A stretch of DNA of 64,000 nucleotides from Octopus sinensis (lineage: Eukaryota), in contig NC_042998.1 in the NCBI RefSeq assembly GCF_006345805.1, positions 179,366,001 through 179,430,000 on the forward strand. Reading direction: 5' to 3'. The notes beneath the pieces were generated by a model that saw only the letters and a list, made by a program, of their open reading frames with translations, did not search any database and was not told the origin of the DNA. The translations under genes were made by a program, and so were the position numbers. This document shows positions 38,231-52,040 of the stretch, in pieces. Position 1 is the stretch's first letter. Every line of letters begins with the position of its first letter.

Positions 38231-39003
38231 AAATCTATACTGGAGGTGATATTTACAGATGTACACAAAATGGACATGCGTGTGATTGCATGTATGTGTG
38301 TGTGTGCAAGTGTGTGTGTGAGAGAGAGAGAGAGGGAGAGGGAATGAAAGAGAGAGAAAAAGAGAGTGTGTGTGACAGAAGGAAGGACTGAGAGATGGAG
38401 TTAGTGAAAGAGGTTGTGTGTGTGTTGTGTGTGTATATGTGTGTGTGACTGTGTGTGTGTTGTGTGTGTGCTGTGTGTGTAATTGTGTGTATGTGTGTGT
38501 ATGTTTGTGTGCATGTGTTGTGTGTATGTGTTGTGTGTGTATGTTTGTGTGTAATTGTGTGTGTATGTTTGTGTGTATGTGTTGTGTGTGTGTATGTTTG
38601 TGTGTTGTGTGTGTGTGTGTGTATGTTTTTGTGTGTGTGTATGTTTGTGTGTGTTGTGTGTGTGTGTGTGTGTGTTGTGTGTGTATATGTGTGTGTGACT
38701 GTGTGTGTGTGTGTGTGTGTGCTGTGTGTGTGTATTGTGTGTATGTGTGTGTATGTTTGTGTGCATGTGTTGTGTGTATGTGTTGTGTGTGTATGTTTGT
38801 GTGTAATGTGTGTGTATGTTTGTGTGTTGTGTGTGTGTGTGTGTGTGTATGTTTTTGTGTGTGTGTATGTTTGTGTGTGTTGTATGTGTGTGTGTGTGTG
38901 TGTTGTGTGTGTATATGCTTTGTGCTTTGTGTGTGTATATGTTTTGTGTGTATGTGTGATTGTGAGTGTGTGTGTGTGTGTATGCATTCATGTGTGTGTG
39001 TGT
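38170..39003. repeat. Compound (TG)n array with an internally duplicated block
   Basis: The block GTGTTGTGTGTGTATATGTGTGTGTGACTGTG...TGCATGTGTTGTGTGTATG appears at about 38420 and 38670. Confidence 0.85.
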
Positions 39004-39506
39004 CAGTTAGTAACTGAAGAGTAAGCCACTGAGAATAAGTCACAGGTTATGTTAAAATGCTGATCTGTCAAACTACCTTATTTTCCTCCTTTCCTTTTTC
39101 AAGCGCCCTGTCCAAACACTCATCTATTTTACCATGCTAACTAACATTGCTGAGGTGACATTTCAAAGAGTCAAATTCCTCCAAATTCACCCGCACCCTC
39201 ACTCCACCACCTCACTATTTTTTCAGTTGGTTCGTCTGTCAACACTACCAACTTTGATCTAATTCCTCCTTACACCTTACCACAGTATCCCACCATTTTC
39301 GGGGATAGTATCATCTAAATAAAGACTTATTTATTGATTTTGTACATACAGGAGTGGCTCTGTGGTAAAAAGCTTGCTTCCCAATCACATGATTCCGGGT
39401 TCAGTCCCATTGTGTGGCACCTCGGGCACACAGTGGGACTATTATAGCCTTCAGCTGACTTAAGCCTTGTGAGTGGATTTGGTAGATGGAAACTGAAAAA
39501 GCCCAT

Positions 39507-39545
<39 letters not shown>

Positions 39546-42500
39546 GTGAAGGTGCCACGCAGTGGGACTGAACCCAGAACTATGTGGTTGGGAAGTAAGC
39601 TTCTTACCACACAGCCACTCCAGTGCTTATGTCTAAAAAAAAAAAATTGTGATGGTCATCTCAAGGTTGTAATATCTTTGATCATAGGTTATTTTACGAG
39701 TGCTACCAGGGGCTAAACAACAACAACAACAAAATAAAGAAAATAGAAAAAAAACCCTAAACAAAACCAATATAAATAAAAAATCCCCCACACACACACA
39801 ACTCTCCCCCATGCTTCTACTACACCCTACATCACACTCCATATTACTGCTCCACCACCACTTACAACATACCAAGCCACATATCACTCTTCACCACCAC
39901 ATCACCCTATTTTACAGCTTCCTCCACCTTCCTACTACACTCCTTCTGCAATGCAGTTGCAATTTTTCCGCTAACTCTCCGTATCTTATCATCCCACAAA
40001 CCCTTCTAATACATACCACCCTCACTAAAAGTAAATGCATGTTTATTTAAATTTAAATACTTCAGAAATTATAACTTCTTGTATTACCAAAAAAATGCTC
40101 GTACAGATGTAAGACTATGCAGAAAACCAGATAAGAGTCTGGTACCCTGTTACCCACATTTTCTCTTTCTTTCTTTTTTCCTCTTTTTATTTTTTTTTTG
40201 TCTTTTGGTGTATTCCTTCGGGATTTCATTTGAGTTTATCTCGATTTGTTATACATATATTCATATTTTGTAGTTACTTGTTGAGGATGATGTTGTTGAT
40301 GATGATGATTATGATGATGAAGTGCAAGGATGATGATGATGATGCTGAGGATGATGAAGGTAATGATGCTGATGATGACGATGATGATGAGATCAGTAAC
40401 AATGATGATGACGATATTAATGATGAAGATGATGGAGGTAACAAGAGTGTAACGAGGATTATGATGATTGATTATAAAGATAATGGTAATGGTGATGCCA
40501 TGATATTTAAAAATGAATTCAAGTAGGAAATCCTAGGCACCAATATATTCTCAAACATTTCACAGCATGACACCTTGGGCAAGTGCCTTCACTACAGTTA
40601 CTGACCTCCTACATGTGTCAAGAGTGATGTTTCACTCGTACATAAAGTTTTTGGCATAGTTTTAACAGTAAGATGCCCTTCTTAACGAAAGTGTATATGT
40701 ACAATGGGTATGCACATTAATGAGAGAATTACCTACAAACCAGTACGTCAAACAAAAATACATTGTGTTATTGAATTTTAAATGAATGGTACAGACATCG
40801 TTTGTCTCTCTCACTAACTGAAAAGTAGTAAACCAGTAATGGGGTCTTTGGAAATTCTTAAGTCAATGGTATATATTGTTCAGAAAATGGTTGACATAAA
40901 ATATAGATACGTACACACATTCGTGCACATACAATTCAGGCACACGTTTTAAAGAGAAAAGTTAGTTACAAAGACTACAGACCCATTGAAAAAAGCCAAG
41001 ACAAAGCAGTGAAAACCGATAACAAATAGTTTTTAAAGTTCTAGAACTTTCGGTATGGCTTAGTGAAATGGATGATGGTGATGGTGGTGGTTAGTGTGGT
41101 AGTGATGATGATGATGGTCAAGATTGTAAGGAATTAGGAAAGGAGAACGAAAAGATGCAGGCGATATTAAAGAAAATCGCTAATGTAATGTTGCTGCTGT
41201 TGTTACTGATGATGATGGTTAAGGAAAAGAAGAGAGAGGATGAAGGCAGAGGCTGGGATGGATGGAAGAGTATTATTATTATTTACAGTCCTATCTAATA
41301 AATTGGATTCACAAACACCACCACCACCACCACCACCACCACCACTATTATTAACACCACGGCTCCCCATCTTCAACACACTTCCACCACTACCATCAAT
41401 AACAACCTCCCCCAACACTGCCCTTTGCCATTTTTTTTTTTTTTTTACTCTTTCTCGCTTGAGGCATGCTAATCTGCTTCATTGAGACATATTAAACATC
41501 ATCTTAGCATCCAGCTTCCTTGAAGCAATGACAAAGAAAACAAAAACAAACAACAACAAAAAGAACACTCATATACAGAAGAAAAAAAAAAACTAAATTA
41601 AAAACGTGTAAAACAGACGAAAATAGAAAACATTTCTAAACTCAAAATACGAAACTAAATAATTAAATAAATAGCTATATACATCGCCTTATTATCTCAT
41701 CGCGTTACTTTTATTGTTGTTGTTTACATTATTGTTATTATCGTGGTTGTTGTTGTTGTTGTTGTTGCTGCTGTCTATTCATATTATTAGATTTAAAGGG
41801 ATTAAAAGAAGACATTAACATGCTTATTTACTGTAGGTACCGTATTGCTGATTGATTCCTATTGGCTTGTCTGCTCATTTTTGCAACGTTATATATTTTT
41901 TTTCCCATTTCTTTTTATTGTTATTAGCCACAACAATTAGTAAACAGAAAGCTGTGTAAACTGATTTAAGATAAGATACCCAAACGAAAATCCCAACTAC
42001 CCCCCCCCCCCCCGCACCAACTTGTTCCCCTGTATCACCAGGAAAGAATCAGTAGAAGGCGGGGGAAGAGTTGCTGGCTTTATTTATTTATTTAGTACAT
42101 CTTCATCTTCTATTTAATTTCTTCGTCTTCTTTCACTGTATTTATTATTCTGTTCTACCTTCATTTTCTTTTAGTTATTTCACCTTTTCCCATCGTGAAG
42201 TCTTCTAGTTCCTTCTCTTTCTGCATTATTATCATTGTCACTTTTCTACCTCTTTCTCTTCTTCATTCATCTTCATTTTTTTCTTCTCTGTTCTTTACCA
42301 TTTTCATCTCCTCCTACTTTTTCTTCTTCATCATCGTCATCGTCATCTTCATCATGATCACAATCATTTACTTCTTCAATTTGATTTACTTGTACATCTT
42401 TTCATATATTTTTCTGGGGGTTTTTTTTTTGTTTTCCTACTGGCCTCTCCATCATCCCCCGGTCCCTTCCTTACCAACATCTTCTGTAATCACTGCATGT

Positions 42501-43544
42501 TTAGTTCTTGTATTAGTCATTACTTATAGCCGTAAGCATAGCTATATGTGATGCGCGTGCGTGTGTGTAGGCACGTGCGTGTGTGTATGCGCGTGCATGT
42601 GTGTGTGCGGTTAATAAGTTTGCATTGCAAGTATGTAAATTTTGGGTTCGATCCAGCCATGCGGAACATTGGACAAGGGTCTTTTTTATAGCCTCAGGTT
42701 GACTAATGTTTTGTGAGTGGAATTTTGGACGGAAACTGTGCGGAAGTTCATTGAACAAGATAGAGTTTAATTATCCCTGTAGTATTGATTAAGCTCCAGA
42801 GGAAGGCAATAGCAGTCTGTAATTTGTTAATTAAGATTTCGGGATGCTCTGCAATGCCACCAGATGTCAAAATTTGAATTGTGGCACCTATTTGTTGTTG
42901 TTGTTGTTGTCATTATTTATGGCAACGAGGGCGAAGGATTAGTATGTGGTGTGTGTGTATGTGCATGTCATTGTGTTGCTTCCTCAATAGAAATTTTACA
43001 TCAAATTCCAAGAAAGATTTCATATCCAAACTACCAGAATGACCTTGCTAATCCCTGTTCCACTATTATGCCTCCTTCATCCACTAGAGAAACAGTCAAA
43101 GACATGAAATAGTATTTAGTGCCAAGATAATATACCATAATACATCGTGTTTAAGTTACAAAGCAAACTTATAGGCACAGGAGTGGCTGTGTGGTAAGAA
43201 GCTTGCTTCCCACCCACATGGTTCTGGGTTCAGTCCCACTGCATGGCACATTGGGCAGGTGTCTTCTACTGTAGTTTAGAGCTGACCAAAGTCTTTTTCA
43301 GCTAAAAAAAATTACTGGGGTCAATTCATAAGGCCAGTTTTCCAGGATTATGTGGTTTATAAATTGAGCCCCAGGACAGGTCGCCAGTCACTGGCAGCAT
43401 TACTCATTTTTACCAGCTGAGTGGACTGAAGAAATATGAAATGAAGTGTCTTGCTCAAGAACACCACACATCATCCAGTCCATGTGTCAAAACTACAATC
43501 GTATGCACAAAGCTATATATATTTTGTGAAGAGAGAGCAGCTGA

Positions 43545-43937
43545 TTATCCACCCCTGTACTTGTCTGGTACTATTTGATTGACTCTCAAAGCATGAAAGA
43601 AAGAGTTGATCTTGATGTGATTTGAACTCAGAATGTAAAAAGCTGGAACAAGAGATTCTTGTCTGATGTGCTACAGAGCTTGCCTAACTATTACCTTTCA
43701 GTAATAATAATAATAATGATAATCTTTTCTACTGTAGGCACAAGGCCTAAAATTTCGGAGGAGGGGGCCAGTCAATTAGATTGACCCTTGTATGCAACTG
43801 GTACTTAATTTATCGACCTTGAAAGGATGAAAGACAAAGTCGACCTCGGTGGGATTTGAACTCAGAACATAAAGACATGAAATACTGCCAACCATTTCTG
43901 CCAGCTCACCACCTTAGTAATTATAGTAATAATAATG

Positions 43938-43984
<47 letters not shown>

Positions 43985-44600
43985 CCTTTCTACTAACGGA
44001 ACAAAGCCTGAAATTTTGGAGGAGAGGACTAGTTGATTATGTTGACCCCAGTGCTTCTCTGGTACTTAATTCATTGACCCCCACCAAGAGGATGAAAGGC
44101 AAAGTCGACCTCAGTGGGAAAGGATGAGTTGATTCCAGTGTTTCACTAGTACTTAATTTATTGACTCTGGAAGGGTGAAAAGCAAAGTTGACCTTGGTGG
44201 AATTTGAACTCAGAATATAGCGACGGGTGAAATACCGTGAAGCATTTTACCCAGTGTGCTAACAATTCTGCCGACTCACCACCTTAGTAATTATAATAAT
44301 GATGATGATAATGATGATAATATATTTCTTTATTGCTCACAAGGGGCTAAACATAGAGAGGACAAACAAGGACAGACAAAGGGATCAAGTCGATTGCATT
44401 GACTCCAGTGCATAACTGGTACTTAATTTATCGGCCCCACATAAGCTCAAGGCTACAAATTTAGGGGGAAAGAGTTTAGTTGATTAAATCAGTCTCAGTA
44501 ATTATCTGTTATTTTATTTTAGCATCCCCGGAAAATTAAAATATAGAACTGACTTTCATGGGATTTGAACTCAGAACAAACAAGCTAGCAATATTTGTTC
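43545..44600 (-). mobile_element. Cluster of 5-6 same-orientation SINE copies separated by (AAT)n
   Basis: Repeated AAAGGATGAAAGGCAAAGTCGACCTCGG..GGATTTGAACTCAGAA blocks at about 43590, 43825, 44090, 44170 and 44550. A similar cluster lies at 52320-52860, with single copies at about 23800, 24580, 36340, 55500, 58970 and 60500. Confidence 0.75.
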
Positions 44601-46120
44601 TGACGCTTGACCAAATCTATCCAATTCATCTCTTTCCAATGACAACAATGAATTTTTAATAAAATTGAAGGATTGTGTAGTGATTATAATTAACCATAAA
44701 GGTAAGACGTGTTTATTAAATGTCATTTCATATCATTTTAATCTAATGAGTAAGGTATGAATGCTACAACATCATACCCCCTTTTTCCATAAAGATATAG
44801 GGAGGGCTTCGTGCCTGGTGGCAATAAACCAGTAAGAAGGGAGTTGTGTGAAAGTAATAAAGATAGGGAGAAGCGATAACAACAATGTAATAAGTTTTTT
44901 TTATATCTTTCCTGGATTTATATGTATGGGTGTGCGAGGTAATGGTGGGGGGTCATGGAAAGATAAAGAGGGGGGGCTGGTTGTGTTATCATTTAATCCT
45001 TTATGGCATGTCTAAAAAAATGAGATAATACATAAACAGATCCCTTCATCCTGTTAGCTTCTCCAATTATACTATTACTATTATTATCATTATTGTTATT
45101 ATTATTATATTATTATTATTATTATTATTATTATTATCATTATTATTATTGCAGTTGTTGTTGTTATTATTCTGGTTGATGTTGTTGCTGATGTTGTCAA
45201 ACGTGTTTTGGGAGTTGTTGTAGTTAGTTGTTGTAGTTGGTTGATGTTGTTGTTGTTACTGTAACTTGTTTGGACTTTTGAAAACAAATGAAAGATAGCC
45301 TACAAGAGCTAGACTAATCTGCCAAAAGAAAGAAAAAAAAAGGCAAAAAAAAAATAAAAGAACCCTCCAAAAAACATGAAGAAGCCAAGTTCAAAACTGA
45401 TTCTTTCATTTACCATTTTCTAAATCCTCTCTCTTATAAACACATACCACACATACTTCAATCCAATGCATGATACCATACCACACTGCACCCTCGCTAC
45501 ACAACACCCTGCGTTATATACCTTCACTCCCCTACACTATGCCCATTATCATCATCATCATCACCACCACCAACATCACCATTGCTGCTGCTGCCACCAT
45601 TTCCACCCTCCCCTCCAGCATTGCCACCACCACTACCATCATTGAGCAAACCACCACCACCAACAACAACTACACCACTGCCACAATTGCTGCTGCCACC
45701 ACTGCCATTTTCGCTTCCACCACCACCACCATTGCCACTACTGTTGCTCCCCACCACTGATGTTCCCTACCACTGGTGCCATCTCCAGTGTTGCACAAAA
45801 GATGATATCTTCAGAAGAGGAATGAGGAATTGGAATGAGAACAACCAGAAACTTTGTTTTCATAAAAAAAAAACCCCAAAAAACCAAAAAAAATACAACT
45901 GGTTCATTCTAACTAAATTTTGTTTTGTTTGGCTTTTTGCATTTGAATATCTTTGTTTTTTTTAATATCTGTATGTATATGCAACTGTGTGTGTATGTGT
46001 ATGCATGCAAGTTCATATCAGTCTTCATCCACACATTATCATCACATCATCGAACCCATTAACCTGATGGAATGAAGTTTGTCGTGAATTTTAAGCTATT
46101 ATCAATATCTTCAATTTTGT

Positions 46121-46209
46121 AATTCCTGACGAAGAATCTAATTTTTATTTCAAGAGTTTTCCGTTTTTGTCTTTGGAATTAATTAGACGCCGAAACAATT
46201 TGTAGAATT
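46121..46209 (+). ncRNA. Hammerhead ribozyme-like motif, cores intact, stem II base partly decayed
   Basis: AATTC-CTGACGA-agaaTCTAATT...AATTAGAcgcc-GAAA-C(AATTT)GTA-GAATT. Stem I is 5 bp and perfect, both cores are intact, and GUA is at 46202-46204. Confidence 0.6.
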
Positions 46210-46347
46210 TATATTCGATCTGTATCAACCTGGATTATGAATCAAATATTCTCTATAACTACAGTTTTTTTTCCTTTTTTTATATACTTCATATATATCT
46301 ATATTGGTCTGTCTGTGTCTGTCTGTCTGTCTGACTATCTATCTAAC

Positions 46348-46379
<32 letters not shown>

Positions 46380-46699
46380 TATATATATATTTATATATGT
46401 GTATTGGTACAATACATAACTTTTTCCAAATATTTGGTTATAACAGTGTAGTGTGGGTCACTATTTGGGGCTTAAAACATACAACAGTTAGTCTACTGTT
46501 GTTAAAATAATTAGCTTCCCTACCACATGGTTCTGGGTTCAGTCCCACTGTGTGGCACCTTAAGAAAGTATCTTCTATTATAGCCTCGGGCCAACCAAAG
46601 CCTTGTGAGTGGAATTGGTCGACAGAGACTGAAAGAAGCCTCTCAAATATATATATATATCTATATATATAAAACTGTAGTTGTGTAAGTGTCTGTCCC

Positions 46700-47176
46700 C
46701 TTCGATTTAGATTCCTAACTACTCCCACATTTTGCGGTGCAGTTTAACCAAATTCGGTATCTTATAGTCGTGATTCATATCGAGCCCGTCTGAGTATTAG
46801 TGCGCGTCTACGATGAGTCTACGATTTTAAAAATAATTTAACATAATTTTTTATTCCATTTTAATGCATAATTTTTCGTGTGTCGATGGCGGCGGAGTTG
46901 GCGTCCATGGTCACACCTGCACCTGTTTGCTTCTCCCTCGTGAAGCTGTGGGGAAGGGAGTGTAAGGAAATCAACGTCGTAAAGCGTTGTTAAAGAGACC
47001 AGCGTTCTTTTAGAACAACGACTTCATGGCTTGAAGACACTGAGTCAACGATTTAAAAAAAAAATTACCATCATTTTTTATTCCATTTTTAATGCATTTT
47101 TTTGCTATAACTCTCTAAAAGTGCTTATATAGTTATTTCCCTTACAAACCTGAGCAACGCCGGGCGATACTGCTAG
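46700..47176 (+). mobile_element. Non-autonomous Helitron remnant, 3' end
   Basis: Subterminal GC hairpin CCTGAGCAACGCCGGG followed by CGATACTG-CTAG|T (CTAG at 47173-47176), the canonical Helitron 3' terminus. The body is CpG-rich; the 5' limit is approximate. Confidence 0.7.
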
Positions 47177-47209
<33 letters not shown>

Positions 47210-47749
47210 GTGTGTGTGTATGTGTATTTGTGTATGTGTCTGTGTTTGTCCCTACCACCATTGCTTGACAAGTGATGCTGGTGTGTTTATGTCCCTGTAA
47301 CCCAGTGGTTCAGCAAAAGAGACTGATTGAATAAATACTATGGTTACATAGAATAAGTACCAGGGTCGATTTGTTTGACTAAAAATACTGCAAGGCGGTG
47401 CTCCAGCATGGCTGCAATCAAATGATTGAAGCAAGTAAAGAAATAAAAGAATATACATGTCATCATCATCATCATCATCATTTAACATCTGTTTTCCATG
47501 CTGGCATGGGTTGAACGGTGAGACAGGAGCTGGCAAGCCAGAAGACTACCCGAAGCTTCACTGACTGTTTTCTTAATGCCAACCACCTTACAGATATATA
47601 TAAATGTGTGTGTATAAATATATATATAAATATATATAAATAGATATGTATGATGTATAAATATATATATAGATATGTATATATAAATATTTTGTTTTTG
47701 GATTTGGTTTGCAAGATTCTTTATATGAGTTCGTGTGTTGAAGCATATT

Positions 47750-47953
47750 CTGTTGTGTCTGGGGAGAGTCATTTTCTTTTTGTGCCTTGTAATGTAACAC
47801 ATTCACCAGTAAAATTTCCACTTATTTCTTATTTTTATTTTCCTAAAATTTTCGTTGCATCTTGCAGCCTTTTCAATAGTCTTGAAAATTTTACTGGTGA
47901 GTGACTTACATTATAAGGCACAGAAAGAAAATGACTCTCCCCAGACACAACAG
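47750..47953. mobile_element. Foldback element with 68-bp imperfect inverted arms
   Basis: CTGTTGTGTCTGGGGAGAGTCATTTTCTTT...CCAGTAAAATTT (47750-47817) is inverted at 47886-47953 with about 5 differences. Flanked by TA-rich repeats. Confidence 0.75.
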
Positions 47954-49349
47954 TATATATAAATATATATATAGATATGTGTATATATATAAGTATATGA
48001 GATAGCACACACACTTGTGTGTAAACATCATAGGTTTAGGTTGATAAAGAAAAATATTGAAATCATTATCAACATTTGAATTTTTACTAAATATATAGCC
48101 ATCGCAGAGTGGATTTATAATTTTATCATTTTTGCCCATATTTTTTTTCACTTTTTTTTATAGTATATATTTTTTTTCAATCATGCTGATTCTTTCTTAG
48201 TCTTGGAATTTTATTGAATTTCAAACTGTTAATAGGATAACTACCTATCATGCAACAAGTAAGTGTAGTTAGGCACAAAAACTGTATTGGTCATATGCCA
48301 GACAAGATTTTTTTTCCCCCCAAAGAATACTGACAAAAAGAGGAGCACATTTTTCATGCTTCTGTTGAAATGAGCATCATGCTTTTATATTTTCTAAAGA
48401 TTCTTTACTTATTGTGATTTAGTTAGTCGCCATTGTTATAGAGTTGATGTATAGCTAATCAATGTGTACCAAGTTTAGATGTAGTTATTTATTTATAAAA
48501 CTTGAACTGATATTCTATACTCTGGAGAGAGTACTATAGCAACATTTACAATACAGCTACTAACTACCACAATCACCGCCATTACCACCATCACCATCAC
48601 TATCACCATCACCAGGAGCAGCAATAACAACAACTACATTGCTACCAAAACTAGTTTTTACTTTTACAGAACATGAGACTGTGCAGTATGTTAGTAAACT
48701 TCCAACTGATACTGCGTCTGGAGAAAGGGGATATGGCTGTGGCCTTTACAGGCCCTCTGAGAGCTTTGAGAATGATGTTAACACTTCATATTAAATCATG
48801 ATGACTCGGTCAGTGACTGTGAGAAAATATGGGTTGATGAAGGGCCGAATATACAACGTCTAGGGTGGAGTGAGGGTGAGGGGGAAGAAGGACTGGGTTT
48901 CATGATTAGCGGTCTGAGTCTGTCTTTGCCACATGGTTTCAAGTTCAGTCCAAGTGTGTGACACCTTGAGCAAGTATCTTCTATCGCCCTTCCTCCACCC
49001 ATATCTAGTGTGTGTATATGGTGGTGGTGGTGGTGGGTGGGAATAATTGGTCATAGTTTTTGCTTAAGTTGTTGGACACAACCTAGATGATGAGAGGAGA
49101 TGAGATAAGAGAATCACAGGTGTTTGAAGGGAGATGTCACTGTTTGTGTGTCTGTTTTTGTCCCCCTAACATCGAACATCGCTTGACAACCAATGCTGGT
49201 GCGTTTATGTCCCCCTAACTTAGCAGTTTGGCAAAAGAAACCGATGGAATAAGTACTAGGCTTACAATGAATAAGTCCTGGGATCAATTTGCTCGACTAA
49301 AGGCGGTGCTCCAGCATAACCACAGTCATGACTGAAACAAGTAAAAGAG

Positions 49350-49381
<32 letters not shown>

Positions 49382-50251
49382 CGGCTAATTTTATTGGAGT
49401 TATTTTTAGATTTTAAATACCTATATGGAGTTTTTCTCTGCTAATTGCATGGATAATCTCAATTAATTTAAGTTTTTTTTCAGTTCACTAAATAATATAT
49501 GTAAGGCTCTAACCATATGTGTATTTTAATATAGAAGAACCCTTCCCTTGAGACTTTTCATCCCCAGGCTTATTAATAGGGGCACTTGTGACTTATCTGT
49601 TGATGTTGATGAAAATGATGATATTATAAATGATGATGTTGTTGTTGTTGGTGGTGGTGGTGGTGGTGAGAATGTCAATGATGATGAGGATGATTGAAGA
49701 GGAAAAGGATGTTCCCTCAAGAAGTCAGATAAGGAACACATTAAGGGAATGCAGTGTGGAAATAAAAGGGAACAGATGTCAGCAGGGCCATTGGTGGTGG
49801 TAATGGTGTGGTAGAAATGACTGCTGTGGTGATGGTGATGATGATGATGATGATGGTGACGAAGATGATGATGATGATGAAGATGGTGATATTGACAGCA
49901 GTTGTGGTGATGACATTGGTGTTGGTGATAGTAGTGCTAATCTTGGTGATGGCTGTTGTGATTGTGGTTGTGTAGGGGCGATGGATGTTATTGGCAAAGG
50001 AGAGGAAAATTTGGAGTCTTAATAGGAAATAAACTGCATTAACACGTACACACACACTTGGAATAACAATGACAGCAATAACAGTGCGGGGGGGGGGTGG
50101 CAGTGATGATGATGATGATGATGATGGAAACGGTGGTGGTATACGCGGGATGGTAGATGTGGAGGCAAGCTGGCTGAGCGAAATTGCAAACCGATGTCAA
50201 TAGATAGAATTTGGTTGATTATCCGAAACACAGACAAATTATTAAAAATAC

Positions 50252-50257
50252 TACTGC

Positions 50258-50317
<60 letters not shown>

Positions 50318-50420
50318 CACTACTACTACTACTACTACTACCACTACCACCACCACCACCACCACTACTACTGCCATCGTGCCACTGCCACCCACACCAC
50401 CACTACCGCTATTACTACTA
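50252..50420. repeat. (ACT)/(ACC) trinucleotide array
   Basis: Directly visible; the poly-T, poly-L and poly-V ORFs are artefacts of it. Confidence 0.9.
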
Positions 50421-50656
50421 TAACAATTTCTGAGCGAAGGGCTTTCCACATGGTTGCTTGCCCTGCAGAAATGACAGTGAAATCTTTAAATAATCATATA
50501 AGTGGAAAGAACAGATCTGTGTGAATCTGTCTAATTACTCAGCTGTCTACATTTATGTCACAGGACTAAGCTAACAGAGGCTTGACATCAACAATAGCAT
50601 CATCATCATCATCATCATCATCATCACTATCCACAACAACATCAGTGACATTTATA

Positions 50657-50713
<57 letters not shown>

Positions 50714-50819
50714 AATATATATATATATATTATATATAATATATATATATATAAATATATAAATATATATATATAATATATATATATATATTATATAATA
50801 TATATAATATAATATATAT

Positions 50820-50889
<70 letters not shown>

Positions 50890-51280
50890 CATCTCATCAT
50901 CATCGTTTAACGTCGCTTTCATGCTAGCATGGGTTGGACGGTTCAACTGGGGTCTGGGAAGCCCGCAAGGTGCACCAGGCAGTCAGATGTGGCAGTGTTT
51001 CTACAGCTGGATGCCCTTCCTAACGCCAACCACTCCGAGAGTGTAGTGGGTGATTTTATGTGCCACCGACACAGGTGCCAGACAGGCTGGCACACGCTCG
51101 ATGGTGTTTTTATGTGCCACCGACACAGGTGCCAGACGAGGCTGGCAGACGACCACGCTCGGATGGTGTTTTTTATGTGCCACCGACACAATAATATATA
51201 TATATTATATATATATTAAAATATATATATATATTATAAATATATATATAATATATAAATATATATATATATATAATAAT

Positions 51281-51313
<33 letters not shown>

Positions 51314-51332
51314 AATATATATAATATATAAT

Positions 51333-51432
<100 letters not shown>

Positions 51433-51972
51433 ATATATAAATATATATATATAATTCATATCATTAATATCAACATGCGTGAGTATGAGTAGCTTGACCT
51501 ACAAGAAATAGCAACCATATCTCCATCAAATCACACCCTACTGACTTTAAAAGGGAAGGACACATTTGATAGCTCTAAATCTGAAGAGAGATGTGGTAGT
51601 CACAACTGCAATACTTTTGACCACAGGTCAGTCCATGCTAACCTATGGCTAAATAACACCATTTTCAACAACAACAACAACATCATCATAATTGTCTTTG
51701 GGCAGGATAGGGTGTGAGTTGAACTGTGAACCGAGGTGGGGAAAAAAAAAATCTAGTTCCACCCATGGCTGTCTTCCCGGCATTATAAAGTCCCAGGAAA
51801 AATCAATGCATTGAACCCTGTATGGGTTATATCTACAGGGTGGGCCCAATGGTCAAGCACGATATAAGTTCAATATGCTCTAGACTTATCAAAACATACT
51901 TCAACTTTTCTAAAATTGAATGAAATAGGATGAAATGATTATGAATACATATGTACTTGAACATGAACCAAA

Positions 51973-52040
<68 letters not shown>

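Noticed and set aside
48670-48794. + strand acceptor followed by 41 open codons (EHETVQYVSKLPTDTASGERGYGCGLYRPSESFENDVNTSY*); similar case at 42991-43112
   Set aside because: No recognisable homology and no partner exons. Open runs of about 40 codons after an AG occur by chance at this window size.
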